64,000 bases of DNA from Patescibacteria group bacterium (GTDB lineage Bacteria; Patescibacteriota; Minisyncoccia; Phycocordibacterales; PALSA-1337), in contig JBBTTD010000001.1 of assembly GCA_038064415.1 (NCBI GenBank), positions 13,738 through 77,737 on the forward strand, in the 5' to 3' direction. Shown one piece after another: positions 42,102-50,932 of the stretch. Below the pieces are notes generated by a model, which was given only the letters and a program-made list of their open reading frames with translations, was not told where the DNA came from and did not search any database. The stretch's first letter is position 1; each line of letters begins with the position of its first letter. A program made the translations under genes and the position numbers.

Positions 42102-43652
42102 ATGTTCAAGATTCAAAATCATAAATCAGGTCTAATCTTGGTAGACATCATTCTGGCGCTTACTTTAGCGACTTTGTTTGTCGTAATTATCACACAATCA
42201 TCGCGTAATCTGAGGGATGTTTTTGAGTCAGCGCGTGAACGAAATCGTTTGCTTGATGTCTATGAACAGCATGCAAGTGAATTTGAAGACCTAATGCCTT
42301 ATGAATCTCGCGTGATTACTTTTGACGCTGATGGATGGAATACTTCAACCACGACGATTGGTGCCATCGCGCGTTGGTATGGCAATGATCGAATTCAAAC
42401 CGATGTGACGATTTCCACTGAATCACCGGGAACATTCGCTACTTCAACAACTGGTTATTCACGACATATTACTTTTGATGTCATCAGAAACTTTCCATTT
42501 ACGAACATCAATAATTTTGCCGGGACGCCATTATGTTCAGTTGATTTTACGAACAAAGAGGTTGTTGGTTCGTACTCATTTCAGCGCGATCTCAATTTAA
42601 TTAATACTTCAACATTTTTATCATTAAAATCTCCTCAATCTTTAGTTCCTACGATCACTCCAATTACTTTACCAGTCAATCCATTATTACCTCTGACTGA
42701 TATTGAAGCGCGAAATGGCGTGGTTTATATTTCAAGCGATTCTCCACTTGCTTCAGACCCAGACTTATTTATTATTGATATTAAAGATCCCAAACACGCG
42801 CAAATTATTTCTTCAATAAATACCGGACCGGGAATAGCAAGCATAACTTTGGCTGGTAACCGCGTATTCGCGGCGGCGGCAAGTACAGCGACCCAGTTGC
42901 ATGTTATTCGTCTTGATGGCTTAAATTTGCCAATCTTGGAAAAGAAATATCAATTGCCTTTACCATATGCCACAGCTACTCCACCTTTGGCTAGTTCAAT
43001 TTTTTATAATAAAAACCATGTTTTTCTTGGTACGACAAAATGGGACGACAATGAGTTCTCAATTATTGATGTGAGTAATCCAGCCGATCCGATTCAAATT
43101 GGCGGATTAGAAACTGGTAGTCAGATTAATGATATTTTTGTACGAAATCATATCGCTTATATTACTGATTCAGATCAACAACAATTGAGTGTTGTAAATA
43201 TTCATAATCTATCCAATCCGAGTTTCTTGGCGTCATTTAGTCCGTCTGGTTGGCAACGGCAGGAAGGGAAAGCCCTCTCGTTTTTTGAAGATAGCTTGAA
43301 TATGACTAGAACTTCCGGTGGATTTAACATCAGACAAGATCACGAGCTTTTTTCTTGGGCTACAACATCATTGGCTGAATTAAATTCTGGGATTGTGCCA
43401 AGTGATTCATTTGCGCCAAAATCAGTTGATATTTCCGGCGGAGCTTATGGTGTGGTAACTGATCGATCTTATATCTATGTAGCGACGCGCCAGCTAAATA
43501 AAGAGTTTCAAATATTTGACCAGAATTTATCTACGACGACGGCAAAAACTTTTTCGTTGCCAGCTTTGCCGCAAATAATGACTTGTGACGGAGATTATTT
43601 ATATATTTTAGCTAATAATGCGCCCGTGATTTATCAGATTTTATTTAAATAA
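42102..43652 (+). CDS. Pilin-like protein with LVIVD-type beta-propeller repeats
   Basis: Class III-like leader KSG|LILVDIILAL; LFIIDIKDP, FSIIDVSNP, LSVVNIHN repeats. Confidence 0.7.
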   Translation: MFKIQNHKSGLILVDIILALTLATLFVVIITQSSRNLRDVFESARERNRLLDVYEQHASEFEDLMPYESRVITFDADGWNTSTTTIGAIARWYGNDRIQTDVTISTESPGTFATSTTGYSRHITFDVIRNFPFTNINNFAGTPLCSVDFTNKEVVGSYSFQRDLNLINTSTFLSLKSPQSLVPTITPITLPVNPLLPLTDIEARNGVVYISSDSPLASDPDLFIIDIKDPKHAQIISSINTGPGIASITLAGNRVFAAAASTATQLHVIRLDGLNLPILEKKYQLPLPYATATPPLASSIFYNKNHVFLGTTKWDDNEFSIIDVSNPADPIQIGGLETGSQINDIFVRNHIAYITDSDQQQLSVVNIHNLSNPSFLASFSPSGWQRQEGKALSFFEDSLNMTRTSGGFNIRQDHELFSWATTSLAELNSGIVPSDSFAPKSVDISGGAYGVVTDRSYIYVATRQLNKEFQIFDQNLSTTTAKTFSLPALPQIMTCDGDYLYILANNAPVIYQILFK

Positions 43653-43656
43653 AACA

Positions 43657-43872
43657 ATGCATAACACGAATCCACGAATAAAAAACGCGAGAAAATTGGA
43701 CGAATCTTTTAGGTGTTTTAATTTCGTCGTGCGAGGTATGACTTTGATAGAAGTAATAATTTACACGGTTTTACTTTCTTTGTTGATAACCAATATGATC
43801 AATTATCTATATACAATGCATATTAACAACATTAAACTCATTAACGATGTTCAAGATTCTCAAAATCTATAA
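43657..43872 (+). CDS. Small prepilin-like protein
   Basis: RG|MTLIEVIIYTVLL N-methylation motif. Confidence 0.7.
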   Translation: MHNTNPRIKNARKLDESFRCFNFVVRGMTLIEVIIYTVLLSLLITNMINYLYTMHINNIKLINDVQDSQNL

Positions 43873-44131
43873 ATCATGTCGTCGCCGAAGAATATATGGT
43901 TTTATTGCCACGACCGCCATCATTTTACTTTCAACAGGAAGTTTAGCATTTCTTGTTGCGACTTCATCTGCCGTTTTCATGTATGCCGATAGTATTGAAA
44001 AGAGGGAAATCAGAATTCAAAATAACCTTAATCAGCAAGCTTGCCAAGATACTCTACGAATAATGAATGCCAAGGATTATTTCTTAAATGTTGACATTCA
44101 ACTTAGTGATTTTGGATGTATAGCGAGGTGA
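43847..44131 (+). CDS. Small PilX-like minor pilin
   Basis: Basic leader then G|FIATTAIILL hydrophobic helix without E5; two C-terminal-region Cys. Confidence 0.55.
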   Translation: MFKILKIYKSCRRRRIYGFIATTAIILLSTGSLAFLVATSSAVFMYADSIEKREIRIQNNLNQQACQDTLRIMNAKDYFLNVDIQLSDFGCIAR

Positions 44132-44148
44132 GACCTTGCTTATGAAAT

Positions 44149-44198
44149 AAAAAAATGGCCCGGACATTCGCTTCATTGCTGAAACAAATGCCGGACCA
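44149..44198 (-). terminator. Intrinsic terminator of the candidate ncRNA
   Basis: Minus strand UGGUCCGGCAUUUGUUUCA-GCAA-UGAAGCGAAUGUCCGGGCCA-UUUUUUU with three G-U pairs. Confidence 0.85.
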
Positions 44199-44905
44199 GA
44201 TCGTGAGAGTCTCCATCATCGCTTGTAAGTATCGGAATTAATCCTGTCTTAGATTGAACTCCGTCTTAGACCTTCCGAGTTTAGCCTTGCGGTTTATTTC
44301 GTTAAGTCATCTTGCAATTGATTCTGGAATTCCTCTACCTTTTTTAGGGGCAGAAGGACATTGTGAGTTGGTGTCCTCACCGTGATTTTTCGCTTGCGCT
44401 ACTATTTCATGTCCTGGCGTGAACGAACTGATACGGTGTTCGCTTCGTCGGTCTATTGTTCTTTGTTCCCTCCACTGGCGATCTTACGATCGTTGTATGA
44501 AAGAATGTTCGGAACTCATTCTGGACTACCTAGTCCAGTGCATACCTAGTCATTGCTTCTTGATGATATTGATGCTTTTGAGGCACCAACATTCATTGGC
44601 ATGAGTACTTTTTACATTAGCACCCACTGAACTCTGTATGGGTTTTGCAACCTTTTTGACCTTGCGGTCATACAAGTAATGTTTAGTGTCATCAGTTGTT
44701 TTCGTATCTTACCTTAGTTGAATTTCTTCTTCTTTGGTTTGAAACTATACAATTGTAAACATTCTTTGTATTTTGGGCGCCTTTCTCTCTAGGCTCCCCG
44801 GTTTCACACCTTGACTTGATGTGAGACCGTAAACTTTTAAGGAACAACTCCACTTGGAGCGTGAAGAGGATGATACACCCACCAAGCAATCCTCGTCAAG
44901 CGTTT
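44149..44905 (-). ncRNA. Candidate large structured non-coding RNA (~750 nt), family unassigned
   Basis: No credible ORF; seven GCAA/GUAA loops on the minus strand; long-range complementary pairs; G-U pairs favour the minus strand; U-tailed terminator; promoter-like hexamers at the 5' end. Confidence 0.75.
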
Positions 44906-45012
44906 TTAAAATACAAATTATTTTAGGAATCTTGTCAAATTTTGGTATTTTAGGGATAAAAAAATGAGTAGCTAAACTTTGCTTTTTTGATTTTACACTG
45001 TAGACTTTCACT

Positions 45013-46122
45013 ATGTCACTCTCAATCGGCATCGTCGGTCTCCCAAATGTTGGAAAATCAACCTTATTCAACGCGCTCACAAAAAAGAGCGTCCTAGTGG
45101 CAAATTATCCATTTGCGACAATTGATCCATCGGTCGGTGTCGTGGCGGTCCCGGATGATCGACTCTGGAAGTTGAGTGAATTCTCAAAATCAGCTAAAAC
45201 TATTCCTGCCGTCGTGGAATTCGTAGACATTGCGGGTTTAGTCAAAGGCGCGTCTGTCGATGAGGGACTCGGTAATCAATTCCTTTCAAATATCCGTGAG
45301 ACTGACGCTATCGCCGAAGTGGTGAGGATTTTTGAGGATGACAACATTATCCATGTTGATGGTAAAATCAATCCACTCAAGGATATTGAAGTCATAAATT
45401 TAGAACTTATTTTGGCTGATTTGCAGACAGTTTCAAAAAGGAGCTCAAATCTTGGTAAAGAAGTTAAGGCTGGCAAAAAAGAGGCGATTATTGAACAGGG
45501 TTTGATTCAGAAGTTAAAAATCGCGCTTGAAACGGGAAAATTCGCTTCTACCGTCATAGCTGATGAATTTGAGAAACCTTTTTTGAAATCACTTCACCTT
45601 CTGACATCTAAACCATTTATGTATGTTTTGAACAAGAAATCGGGTGGCAAAAATTTAGATGAATTTCAAGGTCCGACCTTGGATGAAAGATATATCTCGC
45701 TGATGGCGTTTTTTAAAGAAGTCAATGCTTCATGGGTAATTGTTGATGCCGGGATTGAACAGGAGCTCAAAGATATTGATGATAAAGATAAAAAAGAACT
45801 TCGCGAAGGTCTTGGCGCGAATGATGACGGGATTAATAATTTGATCAAAAAAGGCCACGAGCTTTTAAATTTGATTACTTACTTCACGACCGGGGAAGAC
45901 GAAAGTCGTGCCTGGACGATTAAAAAAGGTTGGACCGCGCCTGAAGCTGGTACCGCAATTCATGGTGATTTTAAGGATAAATTTATCCGCGCGGAAGTTA
46001 TTGAGTGGGATAAATTACTTGTCGCTGGTTCATTTGGCGTGGCGCGTGAAAAAGGACTTCTCCGCACGGAGGGAAAAGAGTATGTGGTCAAAGATGGGGA
46101 TGTGATGGAGTTTAAGATTTAG
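45013..46122 (+). CDS. ychF: Ribosome-binding ATPase YchF
   Basis: GIVGLPNVGKSTLFNALT, NYPFATIDP, DIAGLV, EGKEYVVKDGDV. Confidence 0.98.
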   Translation: MSLSIGIVGLPNVGKSTLFNALTKKSVLVANYPFATIDPSVGVVAVPDDRLWKLSEFSKSAKTIPAVVEFVDIAGLVKGASVDEGLGNQFLSNIRETDAIAEVVRIFEDDNIIHVDGKINPLKDIEVINLELILADLQTVSKRSSNLGKEVKAGKKEAIIEQGLIQKLKIALETGKFASTVIADEFEKPFLKSLHLLTSKPFMYVLNKKSGGKNLDEFQGPTLDERYISLMAFFKEVNASWVIVDAGIEQELKDIDDKDKKELREGLGANDDGINNLIKKGHELLNLITYFTTGEDESRAWTIKKGWTAPEAGTAIHGDFKDKFIRAEVIEWDKLLVAGSFGVAREKGLLRTEGKEYVVKDGDVMEFKI

Positions 46123-46248
46123 GCAAAGAGAAAGGCGTTGCTATTGTATTATCAAGTTCGATATAATCTTGACTTTTGCCCCCAATCATGCCATCATTGT
46201 TTTGAAGCAATTTTGCACATTTGCAGTTAACCCTGTTCCTAAGAACAA

Positions 46249-46449
46249 ATGAAAGGCCACATGCTTACAATGTTAGTGACATTGTTGGTGATCGGACTCA
46301 AAGTATTGTTTGTACTTCTCGCGACAGTACTGTTAATATTCGGTTTTTTTGTTTTCCTGCTCCACCCCGTTTGGACGAAGGGCCTAAGGAATTCATTACC
46401 GTTTTTCCTGCTTGGTTTGGTTATTGCCTTTCTGCTTTTCAAGAAGTAG
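46249..46449 (+). CDS. Small hypothetical membrane protein (2 TM)
   Basis: Highly hydrophobic 66-aa ORF, TTGACT..TATCAT-like (CATCAT) promoter upstream, terminator at 46481-46508. Confidence 0.5.
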   Translation: MKGHMLTMLVTLLVIGLKVLFVLLATVLLIFGFFVFLLHPVWTKGLRNSLPFFLLGLVIAFLLFKK

Positions 46450-46542
46450 TAGGTATGACAAATCATCGTCAAATTTTACAAGCCGTTCCCACGAGGGACG
46501 GCTTTTTTGATACTTATAACATTTTGAGTTATGATTACACTT

Positions 46543-49482
46543 ATGAAAAATTCTGGCGAAAAAGTCAATCCAAAAGCGTTAAAATTACCTGCTTATGACC
46601 ATTCAAAGATAGAACCTAAGTGGCAAAAACTTTGGGAAAAACAAAAGTTTGACCAGGCCAGAGAAGATCCAAAGAAAAAGAAGTTTTACGGTTTAATTGA
46701 ATTTCCGTATCCATCCGGCGAAGGACTGCATGTTGGACATATTCGCAGTAATACAGCCATGGATATTATTGCTCGAAAGCGTCGAAGAGAAGGCTATGAA
46801 GTTTTGTTTCCTATCGGTTGGGATGCTTTTGGTCTGCCAACCGAAAATTACGCTATTAAGACTGGTATTCAGCCCGCCATAGTTACCAAAAAAAACACTG
46901 ATACATTTCGCCGACAATTGAAAGCGCTGGGTTTTTCTTTTGATTGGTCGCGTGAAATAGATACGACTGATCCCAAATACTATAAATGGACGCAGTGGAT
47001 ATTTTTGCAATTCTTTAAAAAAGGGCTGGCTTATAAAAAGAAAATGGCTATCAATTGGTGTCCAAAGGATATGATTGGTCTAGCAAATGAAGAAGTTGTA
47101 AATGGTTGTTGTGAACGATGTGGCACGCCCGTGGAAAAACGAGAGAAGGAACAATGGATGCTGGCTATTACTAAATATGCCGATCGATTAGACAGAGATT
47201 TAGATGAAGTTGATTTTCTGGAAAAGATTAAAATTCAACAAAGGAATTGGATAGGGAAGAGTGAGGGTGCGGAGATTGGGTTTAAGTTTGTCATTCCCGC
47301 CCTTGATGGAAGTCGAGGACATGCTCCAACGGGAATCCAAGATCACATTGCGAATTTTGTCTTGCTTCATGGATTTACCGCCACGCCAGATGATGATTTT
47401 CACCCTTGGCTCAAGAAAAAACTTGAAAATTTAGGATATAAAGTGCAAGCGCCGAAATTGCCGAATACTGAAAAACCCACAGAAAATGAGCAGGTTGAAT
47501 TTGTCCTAGATAATGTCAAGTTTGATGAAAATACTGTCTTACTTGGTCATAGTCTTGGTTCTGTGGTTGCTTTAAAGGTTTTAGAAAAACTTAATAAAAA
47601 GATCGCAGGACTTGTGACTGTCGGTGGATTTATTGATACAAACTTCAAAGATCATGACAGAAATTTTGCTGAAAGATTTGGATGGGACTTTGATTTTAAT
47701 AAAATAAAATTAAATGTTAGTTTTATTCGTGTTTTACACGATAAAAATGATGTAGCGATTACTGATGGTCAAGCCAAGAGATTAGCCACTGCTTTGGGAG
47801 TAAATGTTATTGAGCGCATGGCTAATGAGGGTCATTTTTGCGCAAAAGAAGAACCAGCTATATTTGAAGTCATCATACCAAGTATAAAAGTCTTCACGAC
47901 TCGCCCAGATACATTATTTGGCGTGACTTATCTGGTTCTCGCGCCTGAACATCAATTGGTAAAAGAACTTTTGCCAAATGTTCAAAATAAGAAAGAAGTT
48001 GAAGATTATATTTCCAAAACTAAAAAGGAAACTGATATTGAACGCGCTGACGCTTCAAAAGAAAAAACAGGCGTTGAGTTGAAAGGAATTAAGGTTATAA
48101 ATCCAGCAAATAACGAAGAACTACCAGTTTGGATTGCTGATTATGTTTTGGTTGACTACGGCACTGGCGCTGTAATGGCTGTGCCGGCGCATGATGAGAG
48201 GGATAAACAATTTGCCCAAAAATATAGTCTGCCAACCAAAGAAATTATTCTCGCAGATAAAAAAGAAATAATTACTGAATTTGGAAAATCAGTTACCACC
48301 TACAAACTTCGTGACTGGGTGTTTTCACGCCAAAGATACTGGGGTGAGCCCATCCCTGTAGTGCATTGCGAACAATGTGGGATTGTTCCCGTGCCAGAAA
48401 AAGATTTGCCGGTTAAATTACCGAAAGTAAAAAATTATCAGCCGACGCAGACTGGAGAATCACCGCTAGCTTCAATTGGAAAGTGGGTGAATACTAAATG
48501 TCCGAAATGTAAAGGCAAAGCTCGTCGCGAAACAGATACAATGCCTCAATGGGCTGGCTCAAGCTGGTATTATCTGCGCTACGCTGATTCAAAAAATAGT
48601 AAAGTTTTTGCCGGTAAAGATAGACTGAAGTATTGGACGCCAGTAGACTGGTACAACGGTGGAATGGAGCATACAACATTGCATCTGCTTTATTCTCGTT
48701 TTTGGCATAAATTCTTATTTGATTTAGGTTTAGTGCCGACAAAAGAACCATATCAAAAAAGAACCTCACATGGACTCATTCTAGCCGAAGGTGGCGCTAA
48801 AATGTCAAAATCAAGAGATAATATTGTCAGTCCCGACGATATTGTGAAGATTGTTGGCGCGGACTCTTTGCGTCTTTACGAAATGTTTATGGGACCCTTT
48901 GACCAACCAATCGTCTGGAATACGGATAATATTGCCGGGGTCAGGAGGTTTATTGAGCGAGTGTGGAAAATGAGAGAAAAAGTCGTTCAAAAAATGGACG
49001 AAAAGATTGATGATTTTGTGTTGATCAACAAGATTATCCACAAAGCTATCAAAAAAGTCAGCGACGATATTGAAGCGATGAGATTTAATACTGCCATCAG
49101 CGCGCTCATGATTACATTCAATGAACTTGAAAAATTCAGAGTTGTTGATATAGAACAATATGGAGTTTTTCTTAAATTACTGGCACCATTTGCGCCACAT
49201 GTGACTGAAGAATTGTGGGCATCTCTGAATCATAAAAATTCTATTCATACGACTGAATGGCCGATGTATGATCCAGTTTTGGCGATTGATTCACAGACAA
49301 CTATCGTTGTCCAAATAAATGGCAAAATGCGTGGCTCATTCACTGTTCCAATTGATATCAGTAAGGAAGAATTAGAAAATCGCGCGCGGACATTACCAGA
49401 ATCCGCGAAGTGGTTGGAAGGGAAGAGTATCATGAAGATAGTTGTTGTTCCCAATAAGTTAGTCAATTTTGTCATAAAGTAG
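46543..49482 (+). CDS. leuS: Leucine--tRNA ligase with inserted alpha/beta-hydrolase domain
   Basis: FPYPSG.GLHVGH, GWDAFGLP, QRNWIGKSEG, FTTRPDT, SRQRYWGEP, KMSKS; TTGATA-17-TATGAT supports ATG 46543. Confidence 0.97.
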   Translation: MKNSGEKVNPKALKLPAYDHSKIEPKWQKLWEKQKFDQAREDPKKKKFYGLIEFPYPSGEGLHVGHIRSNTAMDIIARKRRREGYEVLFPIGWDAFGLPTENYAIKTGIQPAIVTKKNTDTFRRQLKALGFSFDWSREIDTTDPKYYKWTQWIFLQFFKKGLAYKKKMAINWCPKDMIGLANEEVVNGCCERCGTPVEKREKEQWMLAITKYADRLDRDLDEVDFLEKIKIQQRNWIGKSEGAEIGFKFVIPALDGSRGHAPTGIQDHIANFVLLHGFTATPDDDFHPWLKKKLENLGYKVQAPKLPNTEKPTENEQVEFVLDNVKFDENTVLLGHSLGSVVALKVLEKLNKKIAGLVTVGGFIDTNFKDHDRNFAERFGWDFDFNKIKLNVSFIRVLHDKNDVAITDGQAKRLATALGVNVIERMANEGHFCAKEEPAIFEVIIPSIKVFTTRPDTLFGVTYLVLAPEHQLVKELLPNVQNKKEVEDYISKTKKETDIERADASKEKTGVELKGIKVINPANNEELPVWIADYVLVDYGTGAVMAVPAHDERDKQFAQKYSLPTKEIILADKKEIITEFGKSVTTYKLRDWVFSRQRYWGEPIPVVHCEQCGIVPVPEKDLPVKLPKVKNYQPTQTGESPLASIGKWVNTKCPKCKGKARRETDTMPQWAGSSWYYLRYADSKNSKVFAGKDRLKYWTPVDWYNGGMEHTTLHLLYSRFWHKFLFDLGLVPTKEPYQKRTSHGLILAEGGAKMSKSRDNIVSPDDIVKIVGADSLRLYEMFMGPFDQPIVWNTDNIAGVRRFIERVWKMREKVVQKMDEKIDDFVLINKIIHKAIKKVSDDIEAMRFNTAISALMITFNELEKFRVVDIEQYGVFLKLLAPFAPHVTEELWASLNHKNSIHTTEWPMYDPVLAIDSQTTIVVQINGKMRGSFTVPIDISKEELENRARTLPESAKWLEGKSIMKIVVVPNKLVNFVIK

Positions 49483-49495
49483 GCCGTATAGTAGA

Positions 49496-49602
49496 CAAGA
49501 AAACAGTATGCGCATTTTATCTCAAGACAAGAGAGTCTTGTCTCGCGAGTCACATAACTACCATCTTTGGATTTGAGATAAAATGCGCATACTGTTTTCT
49601 TG
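49496..49602. repeat. 30-bp perfect inverted repeat, 47-nt loop, after leuS
   Basis: 49496-49525 CAAGAAAACAGTATGCGCATTTTATCTCAA is the reverse complement of 49573-49602. Confidence 0.95.
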
Positions 49603-49755
49603 CTTAAAATACACTTTGTTTATATTTGACAACGATAAGACAATACTGTAGTGTATACCAATCAAGCCTGGGTGTGGGATTACGCACATTCCCACAAGAT
49701 TGACTTTGTTACAAGCTAGTGATACAAATATATAAATTATTTATTAGCAACTATT

Positions 49756-50793
49756 ATGGCAACATCAACAATCTCATTTAAACCCAAGCAGATCGTCAAA
49801 CGTCTTCTCGCTTCATTACCTGATCGCGCTCGTGAAGTTATCATATATCGTTATGGACTTGGTTCTGATACCAAGCGTATGACACTTGACGCAATTGGAA
49901 AGAAATATGGTATTACTCGCGAACGAGTTCGTCAGATAGAAAACTACGCGCTCGGAATTATCCGCAAATCTGACGAGTATCGGTTGGAAAAAGCAATTTT
50001 TGCTGAACTAGAGACCCTGCTTCATGCTTTGGGTGGAGTTGTCGTGGAAGATGATTTCCTTGGTCATGTCTCAAAGGACAAGAGTCTTCAAAATCATGTT
50101 CATTTTCTCTTAGTTATTGGTGAACCTTTCAAAAAAAGAAAAGAAGATGATGAGTTCAATCATCGTTGGCATGTCAATGAGGAACTTTCTACTCAAGTAG
50201 AAGATGCCCTACGCAAACTTTATAACAATCTTAATACGCAAGATCTTTTGCCTGAATCAGAGATTATCAACAAATTTCTTCAGCATTTAGAGAGTGTTTC
50301 TGAACGCTACAAGAATCAAGAGATTATGAAACGCTGGTTGGCATTATCTAAATCAATCGGAAAGAATGCTTTAGGAGATTGGGGTGCGGCAAATTCTTCA
50401 AATATCAAGACCAAGGGTATGCGTGATTATGCTTTTCTAGTTATCAGAAAACATGGTTCGCCGATCCATTTTCGTGATGTAGCCAAGCAGATTATGGCGA
50501 TGTTTAACAAGAAAGCTCATGTTGCCACGACTCACAATGAGTTGATTAAAGATCCTCGCTTCGTGCTAGTCGGTCGTGGTTTATATGCTTTGGCAGAATG
50601 GGGTTATGCGCCAGGAATTGTACGAGATGTTATACGACTTGTTATACAGAAAAATGGTCCAATGACCAAAAATGAGATAATCTCTAAAGTCCTGAAGGAA
50701 CGCTATGTTAAGGAAAACACCATTGCGGTAAATCTCCAAAACCCGAAGTATTTCAAAAAAGACAAGGATGGTAAGTATTCGGTGGTTGCGTAA
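49756..50793 (+). CDS. Sigma70 region-4 HTH protein with C-terminal winged-helix (HARE-HTH-like) domains
   Basis: RYGL..MTLDAIGKKYGITRERVRQIE; HNELIKDPRFVLVGRGLYALAEW. Confidence 0.8.
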   Translation: MATSTISFKPKQIVKRLLASLPDRAREVIIYRYGLGSDTKRMTLDAIGKKYGITRERVRQIENYALGIIRKSDEYRLEKAIFAELETLLHALGGVVVEDDFLGHVSKDKSLQNHVHFLLVIGEPFKKRKEDDEFNHRWHVNEELSTQVEDALRKLYNNLNTQDLLPESEIINKFLQHLESVSERYKNQEIMKRWLALSKSIGKNALGDWGAANSSNIKTKGMRDYAFLVIRKHGSPIHFRDVAKQIMAMFNKKAHVATTHNELIKDPRFVLVGRGLYALAEWGYAPGIVRDVIRLVIQKNGPMTKNEIISKVLKERYVKENTIAVNLQNPKYFKKDKDGKYSVVA

Positions 50794-50806
50794 GAAATAA
50801 AAAAAC

Positions 50807-50849
50807 CAAGGTCGGACCTTAGCTCCAAATCACCCAAGGTCCGACCTTG
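50807..50849. repeat. REPIN-like doublet, identical to 20336-20378 in opposite orientation
   Basis: CAAGGTCGGACCTT-AGCTCCAAATCACC-CAAGGTCCGACCTTG flanked by A- and T-tracts. Confidence 0.95.
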
Positions 50850-50932
50850 GTTTTTTTAAATAGTCCTCGGCAATAAAAACATGTGTGCACTATTATTGTT
50901 TTTGGTTAAGCTGTTCATGTTATAATAGTGGC

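Noticed and set aside
44149-44905. RNase P RNA, tmRNA or protein-coding explanation for the large gap
   Set aside because: No GAGGAAAGUCC P4 motif (only GAGGAAUUCC) and no tRNA-like GGGG..CCA ends. The short ORFs 44419-44604, 44692-44889 and 44745-45080 have no recognisable features, and the last is largely antisense to ychF and its promoter.
47353-47875. Intein in leuS
   Set aside because: No Cys/Ser start with His-Asn end and no LAGLIDADG motifs; the insert is an alpha/beta hydrolase.
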